Part shown: positions 57,545-64,000 of the stretch, piece after piece
Position numbering within the stretch: the first letter of the stretch is position 1
How the letters are laid out: each line of letters begins with the position of its first letter
Assembly: GCA_049287025.1 (NCBI GenBank)
Contig: JBAQFA010000022.1
Span: 30,225-94,224, forward strand
From: Candidatus Magasanikiibacteriota bacterium
GTDB taxonomy: Bacteria > Patescibacteriota > Patescibacteriia > Magasanikbacterales > UBA922
Direction: 5' to 3'
DNA length: 64,000 nucleotides
Position numbers and translations under genes: made by a program
Notes under the pieces: generated by a model
What the model was told of the DNA's origin: nothing
The model's input: only the letters and a program-made list of their open reading frames with translations
Database searches by the model: none

Positions 57545-57572
57545 AAACACACACCAATTTTGGTATGTGTTT
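57545..57572 (-). terminator. atp operon terminator
   Basis: aaacacacacc/ggtatgtgttt stem, T-run on minus. Confidence 0.6.
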
Positions 57573-57590
57573 TGTATTTTGTGTCTCGTG

Positions 57591-58013
57591 TTATTTCACG
57601 TTTTTGTATTTCTTCGCCACTCTTACCCGATTCATTTCTCTATCAATCACAGCTTGCAAACGAGCAAAGTTAACATCCTCACCAGTTTTGGCTTTGGTCA
57701 TTTCTTCTTCGGCTCTAATTCTAGCTTGTTCAGCGCGATCAATATCAATCGCATCAGCTCTTTCTATATTATCAGCCAAGATAATTAATTCATTATTACC
57801 TTTTATTTCCAAGAAACCACCAGAGACAGCAAAAGGATGTTCACCATCTTTATCAACAATTTTTAATTCTCCAGCCTTAAGCACAGACACAAGTGGAATG
57901 TGATTTGGTAAAACTGTTATCTCACCAGACATAGTTGGAATAGAAACCTGAAAAATTTCATTTTCATAAACAACTTTTTCTGGAGTAGCGATTTTGAATT
58001 TGATTGTATTCAT
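57591..58013 (-). CDS. atpC: ATP synthase epsilon subunit
   Basis: position and size, beta-sandwich plus helical C-term. Confidence 0.8.
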   Translation of the reverse strand: MNTIKFKIATPEKVVYENEIFQVSIPTMSGEITVLPNHIPLVSVLKAGELKIVDKDGEHPFAVSGGFLEIKGNNELIILADNIERADAIDIDRAEQARIRAEEEMTKAKTGEDVNFARLQAVIDREMNRVRVAKKYKNVK

Positions 58014-58124
58014 AATCTCGAGCGAAGCGAGAGATCCCTTTTCTTTGGGTTTAACTTCGCTTTATTTTAAAAATTTTTTAATGTTTTGGAAAGGGATTCC
58101 TCATCCTTCGGGATTCGGAATGAA
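58014..58124. repeat. family A palindromic element (intercistronic atpD-atpC)
   Basis: about 90% identical to 62689-62795 copy; abuts atpD TAG. Confidence 0.7.
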
Positions 58125-59616
<1,492 letters not shown>

Positions 59617-60585
59617 TTATTCTAACGCTGCAGCACCACCAGCAATCTCGGCAATTTCTTGGGTAATACCAGCTTGGCGGGCTTTGTTATAAGTTAAGTT
59701 CAATTCATCTATCATATCTTCGGCAGAATCACTAGCATTTCTCATCGCCATCATACGGGCGCTGTGTTCACTGGCCGATGATTCCAAAGCTGCTTGAAAA
59801 ATCTGTGTTTCCACTAGTCTTGGTAAAATTGTTTTTAAAACATCAGTTGTGTTTGGTTCAAACAGGTAGGTATCAGTAATCAAAGTTTTATTATATTTTT
59901 GTTCATCTGTCATCAAGTTGCCATTACCAGCCCCAAGATTATTCATCATTTTTTCCAAATCATGTTCGGAAATTGGTAAAACTTGTCTCAATTTTGCATT
60001 CTGGACAATCGCTGATTGATAATCAGTATAAGCGACTACTACTTTGTCATATTTCTTAGCTTCATATTCCCCCACAATCATTTTGGCAATTGGTAAAATG
60101 TCATTTAAATTTGGAGTATCAGAAATATCACTATATGAGGCAATTAAATTAAAGCCGTTTTTCTTGGCAAAATCAGCGCCTTTTTTTCCAATACCAATGA
60201 CATCAATTTCAATATTTTCATTTGGTTCAATGTGTCCGTTTTCTACTCTGTGTCGGCTAATATTTTTTGGATCCTTTAATTGTTCAGTAGTTTTTCTAAT
60301 AATATTCGCATTAAAGCTACCACACAGACCACGGTTAGATGTTACTAAAACCACTAATAGTTTTTTTACCGGCCTCACTTCTAATAAAGGTAATTTTACT
60401 TCCTGTACTTTTGACAAACTAACCAAAAGATCCCAGGCCATTTTGGCATAAGTGCGAGTATTAACAGCTGCCTCAGTTGCTTTTCTCATTTTAGCAGCAG
60501 CAACCATTTCCATGGCTTTCGTAATCTTCTTCGTATTGCCAACGGATTTGATGCGACGTTTAATTGCTTTGGTATTTACGGCCAT
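59617..60585 (-). CDS. atpG: ATP synthase gamma subunit
   Basis: N/C-terminal coiled-coil helices. Confidence 0.85.
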   Translation of the reverse strand: MAVNTKAIKRRIKSVGNTKKITKAMEMVAAAKMRKATEAAVNTRTYAKMAWDLLVSLSKVQEVKLPLLEVRPVKKLLVVLVTSNRGLCGSFNANIIRKTTEQLKDPKNISRHRVENGHIEPNENIEIDVIGIGKKGADFAKKNGFNLIASYSDISDTPNLNDILPIAKMIVGEYEAKKYDKVVVAYTDYQSAIVQNAKLRQVLPISEHDLEKMMNNLGAGNGNLMTDEQKYNKTLITDTYLFEPNTTDVLKTILPRLVETQIFQAALESSASEHSARMMAMRNASDSAEDMIDELNLTYNKARQAGITQEIAEIAGGAAALE

Positions 60586-60589
60586 ACAA

Positions 60590-60716
60590 ATTCATTCCGA
60601 GAGTAGCGAGGAATCTTTTTTACCTCTTACTTCTAGAAATAATAAATTAGTAATTTTAAATAATACTTTTTAGGAAAGATTCCTCACCCTCGCTTGAGCT
60701 CGAGTTCGGAATGAAC
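60590..60716. repeat. family A palindromic element (atpA-atpG)
   Basis: cattccgagagtagcgaggaatctttt ... aaagattcctcaccctcgcttgagctcgagttcggaatg; abuts atpA TAG. Confidence 0.7.
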
Positions 60717-62203
60717 TAACGACTAAATTCGTTGCAAGCTTCTTTCAATTCACTTTCAACACTATCATCCCAATCACCTTTTGCCAACTTATCTAACAAA
60801 GTTCGTTTTGATTTGTTCATAAATTCAATCATTTTCTTTTCTGCTTCAGCAACTTCTTTTACAGCAAATTTATCAAAATAACCATTGGACACAGCATAGA
60901 TAACAGCGATCTGTTCTTCTACGGCCATTGGACTATATTGTGGTTGTTTTAATAATTCTGTCATGCGTTGACCTAGATCAATTTGTCTCTTGGTATCAGC
61001 ATCCAAATCACTAGCAAACTGAGCAAAGGCTTCTAATTCACGGAATTGTGCCATGGCAAGTTTAATCTTGCCAGCCACTTTTTTCATCGCTTTCAATTGA
61101 GCCGCTCCACCTACACGAGACACTGAGATACCAATATTTAGAGCTGGTCTAATACCTTTGTAAAACAAATCTGTTTCCAAGAAAATCTGACCATCAGTAA
61201 TAGAAATAACATTGGTTGGGATATAGGCAGTCACATCACCAGCTTGAGTTTCAATAATTGGTAGAGCAGTAATAGAACCACCACCATTTTCTTTACTTAG
61301 TTTGCAAGCGCGTTCCAAAAGACGTGAGTGTAAATAAAATACATCACCTGGATAAGCCTCGCGCCCTGGTGGACGGCGAAGTAATAGAGAAATTTCACGA
61401 TAGGCCCAAGCTTGTTTGGTAAGATCATCATATACGACTAAAACATCTTCACCTTTGTCAGCAAAATATTCGGCCATGGCCACACCAGCGTATGGAGCAA
61501 TAAATGACATAGAAGCTGGATCTGATGCACCAGCTACTACCACAGTAGTATATTCCATGGCGCCGGTTTCTTTTAATTTGGCTACGATACGAGCAACTTT
61601 GGATTCTTTTTGACCAACGGCTACATAAACACATTTCATGTTTTGACCTTTTTGATTGATAATGGTATCAATCGCAATCGCAGTTTTACCAGTTTGTCTG
61701 TCGCCGATAATAAGTTCACGTTGACCACGACCAATTGGAATCATCGCATCAATCGCTTTGATACCAGTTTGGACTGGTTGGTGAACTGGATGACGTTTCA
61801 TAACACCAGGCGCAATCTTTTCTACTGGATAAAATTCTTTAGTATTAATTTCACCTTTACCATCAATCTCTTGACCTAAGGCATTTACCACTCTACCAAC
61901 CATTTGTTCTCCGACTGGTACGGACAAAATTCTACCAGTACGTTTGACTGTATCCCCTTCTTTGATCGCTTTATAATCCCCCAAGATCATGGCACCAACA
62001 GTCTCTTCTTCCAAGTTTAGAGCTACACCAAAAACTCCGCCAGTAAATTCTAGCATTTCTTGATATTGACATTTGGTTAAGCCAGACATGCGAGCAATAC
62101 CATCACCAACTTGAATAACTGTACCAACTTCTTCAGTTTGAACAGTTTTTTCAAAGTCAGCAATGTGCTTTTTTAATTCTTCAACGATTGCGTTTGTAGA
62201 CAT
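60716..62203 (-). CDS. atpA: ATP synthase alpha subunit
   Basis: GDRQTGKT P-loop. Confidence 0.95.
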   Translation of the reverse strand: MSTNAIVEELKKHIADFEKTVQTEEVGTVIQVGDGIARMSGLTKCQYQEMLEFTGGVFGVALNLEEETVGAMILGDYKAIKEGDTVKRTGRILSVPVGEQMVGRVVNALGQEIDGKGEINTKEFYPVEKIAPGVMKRHPVHQPVQTGIKAIDAMIPIGRGQRELIIGDRQTGKTAIAIDTIINQKGQNMKCVYVAVGQKESKVARIVAKLKETGAMEYTTVVVAGASDPASMSFIAPYAGVAMAEYFADKGEDVLVVYDDLTKQAWAYREISLLLRRPPGREAYPGDVFYLHSRLLERACKLSKENGGGSITALPIIETQAGDVTAYIPTNVISITDGQIFLETDLFYKGIRPALNIGISVSRVGGAAQLKAMKKVAGKIKLAMAQFRELEAFAQFASDLDADTKRQIDLGQRMTELLKQPQYSPMAVEEQIAVIYAVSNGYFDKFAVKEVAEAEKKMIEFMNKSKRTLLDKLAKGDWDDSVESELKEACNEFSR

Positions 62204-62295
62204 AGAATAATAATTATATTTTTATATTAAATTAAAATTTTGATCACTGATCACTGTTTACTTTTATTGTTAATAATCAATGATCTGTGATCAAT

Positions 62296-62688
62296 TTATT
62301 GTAAGTGTTTACTAAGATTAATTAGCTGTGTTTTTAAACTCGCATCCAAAATTTTATCTTCTGTTTTTACTGCCACTCCACCAAGTAAATCTGTATCAAT
62401 AGTTTCAATCGCTTCTACCTGATTACCGAAAACTGATTTAATTTTTTCCAAAGTATTTTTGTCTAATTTTCTCGCTGACTTAACTTCTATTTCTATTACG
62501 CCAGCTTGTTTTTTGGCGTATTTTTCAAATTCTTTAATAATATTGTCAGACTGTTTTAATTTTTGATTGGCAACTAAAATAGCGACAAACTTTTTTAAAG
62601 CATTGTTTAATTCTCCACCTTTAAGCTCTTTTGTACTATCATACAGAGCTTCAGCGTATTGTTTGTTTGAAATTTTCTTTTTTGACAT
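62296..62688 (-). CDS. atpH: ATP synthase delta (OSCP) subunit, short
   Basis: position; C-terminal LLGG pattern. Confidence 0.65.
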   Translation of the reverse strand: MSKKKISNKQYAEALYDSTKELKGGELNNALKKFVAILVANQKLKQSDNIIKEFEKYAKKQAGVIEIEVKSARKLDKNTLEKIKSVFGNQVEAIETIDTDLLGGVAVKTEDKILDASLKTQLINLSKHLQ

Positions 62689-62795
62689 AATCTCGAGCGA
62701 AGCGAGAGATCCCTTTTCATTGGGTTTAACTTCGCTTTATTTTAAATGTTGTTTAATGTGTTGGAAAGGGATTCCTCACTCCGTTCGGAATGAAC
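62689..62795. repeat. family A palindromic element (atpF-atpH); 3' arm encodes last 7 codons and TGA of atpF
   Basis: ttcggaatgaacg rc encodes IRSFRTE-stop. Confidence 0.7.
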
Positions 62796-63375
62796 GAATT
62801 GTTTCTTCAATCAAAGTGACATCTTTTTTGTCATCCAATTTTTCATTCATTATTTTTTCCACAGCCGCAATAATAAGATTAACAGTTTCTTTCTTAATTT
62901 CAGTCATCATACTTTCTTTTTCTATTTGGATATTTCGTTTGGCCTGATCAACCAACATCTCAATTTCTTTCTTGGCTTTTTCTTTCATGTCAACAGACAA
63001 TTTTTCTGCCTCAGTGTGTGATTTTTCAATTATTTTATTGGCTTCCACTTTCGCTTGATCCAATTTTTCTTGAAATTTCACTTCACTCATTTGCAAATTA
63101 GTTTCCACTGCCTTAGCATTATCAATGCTGTCGTCAATTATTTTTTTACGTTCTTCCATGGTCTTCGTCAATGGTTTTAAAATCAAAAACCAAACAATCG
63201 CACCAACAATGGCAAAGTTTAATAATTGAAAACCAAATAATTGAGCATTGATACCAAGTGAGGCTGCAACACCCTCATTTTTTGGAGCAACGGTAGTGTG
63301 TTCTGCGGTGGTAGCTTCAACATTTGTTTCTTCTACAGCTTCAGAAGAGGCGTAAGCATTTTCTATTAAAAACAT
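62776..63375 (-). CDS. atpF: ATP synthase b subunit
   Basis: N-terminal TM plus long helix. Confidence 0.7.
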   Translation of the reverse strand: MFLIENAYASSEAVEETNVEATTAEHTTVAPKNEGVAASLGINAQLFGFQLLNFAIVGAIVWFLILKPLTKTMEERKKIIDDSIDNAKAVETNLQMSEVKFQEKLDQAKVEANKIIEKSHTEAEKLSVDMKEKAKKEIEMLVDQAKRNIQIEKESMMTEIKKETVNLIIAAVEKIMNEKLDDKKDVTLIEETIRSFRTE

Positions 63376-63503
63376 ATTTTTTATTTAATAATTATATTAG
63401 TTTATCTCCATTTATCTCTATACTATTTCATAAAATTGAGATAAATAGAGATAATGAAATAATCTGATTACGCCGGATCATATTTGACCCAGCGTCTATC
63501 AAT

Positions 63504-63725
63504 TTATTTCAATGTAAATACAACTACAAGGGCGTAGATGGCGATAGCTTCAGCAAAAGCTGCACCAAGCAACATTGGGACGAACAATTTTCCAGCAGAT
63601 TCTGGGTTACGTCCGATTGATTCCATAGCTTTGCCTACCAATTTACCGATAGCAAGAGCTGGAAACATACCACCGATTGCCATGGTGAAGGCTTTGGCCA
63701 AGACCACGATAGATGCGTGTTCCAT
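63504..63725 (-). CDS. atpE: ATP synthase c subunit
   Basis: two TM hairpin, conserved carboxylate region. Confidence 0.85.
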   Translation of the reverse strand: MEHASIVVLAKAFTMAIGGMFPALAIGKLVGKAMESIGRNPESAGKLFVPMLLGAAFAEAIAIYALVVVFTLK

Positions 63726-63805
63726 ACTTTTTCCTCTTAGATATTAGAGCCGATCGACCAAGGTTGGATATTTAAGGTCGTGGGTAATATCAATTATTAA
63801 TTAAG

Positions 63806-63945
63806 CACACTGTCATCCTGAGCGACAGCGAAGGATCTTTCTTATCTCGGATTTATTTAATTCATAATTTATTGAAATAAATATGCCTGTGGTAAGAAAG
63901 ATTCCTCGTCATCTCTTTCAGGATTTCTCGGAATGACAGAAAAAC
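63806..63945. repeat. family A palindromic element (atpB-atpE)
   Basis: ctgtcatcctgagcgacagcgaaggatctttctta ... taagaaagattcctcgtcatctctttcaggatttctcggaatgacag. Confidence 0.7.
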
Positions 63946-64000
63946 TAATGTTCCTCTGCTCCATGTGGTGCGCTAGTGGCTACAGTTAAATAAACAATTG
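63935..64000 (-). CDS. atpB: ATP synthase a subunit, C-terminal fragment (runs off window)
   Basis: minus-strand frame ends ...APHGAEEH-TAG, a typical a-subunit C-terminus; operon position. Confidence 0.45.

Overview
This window is an AT-rich bacterial chromosome segment (about one-third G+C by eye) that uses the standard genetic code; TAA, TAG and TGA are all seen ending well-supported genes. The gene content points to a small-genome Patescibacteria/CPR-like organism (inference): GxxExxY protein, membrane-anchored MurF, many small lipoproteins and few biosynthetic genes. Housekeeping genes recognised from the translations are clpB, gltX, serS, cdd, lysS, greA, mrdA-mreDCB, proS, a UvrD/AddA-like helicase-nuclease, murF plus cell-envelope genes, and a complete F1Fo ATP synthase operon (atpB' EFHAGDC, minus strand). 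The most notable items: (1) Directly after the atp operon is a tightly packed six-gene NuoB/NuoL/NuoH/HyfE/NuoN/NuoCD-like operon whose NiFe-site and N2-cluster cysteines are replaced. It looks like an energy-converting-hydrogenase-related (Ehr) complex with its own promoter and terminator. (2) Five compositionally foreign, G+C-rich small ORFs each carry a near-consensus AT-rich sigma70 promoter, a GGAGG-type SD and a GC hairpin. One is bracketed by about 85-bp direct repeats. (3) A dispersed palindromic (TIR) element family of about 75-150 bp sits between cistrons of the atp operon. It overlaps or encodes the stop and last codons of upstream genes, is inserted in-frame inside the helicase and a hydrolase, and in one place its arms flank a GIY-YIG nuclease gene. 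A second GC-palindrome family and a third IR family also occur. (4) A clear TPP riboswitch precedes a thiamine pyrophosphokinase gene, and a CIRCE operator with promoter precedes clpB. (5) Two 7-bp tandem repeats lie inside ORFs (a WecB/TagA glycosyltransferase and gltX), a glutamine amidotransferase gene has an in-frame TAA, and a tandem pair of cysteine-rich mini-proteins is present. No rRNA, tRNA or CRISPR array was recognised. All calls rest on motif-level reading of the translations and sequence; no database search was possible.
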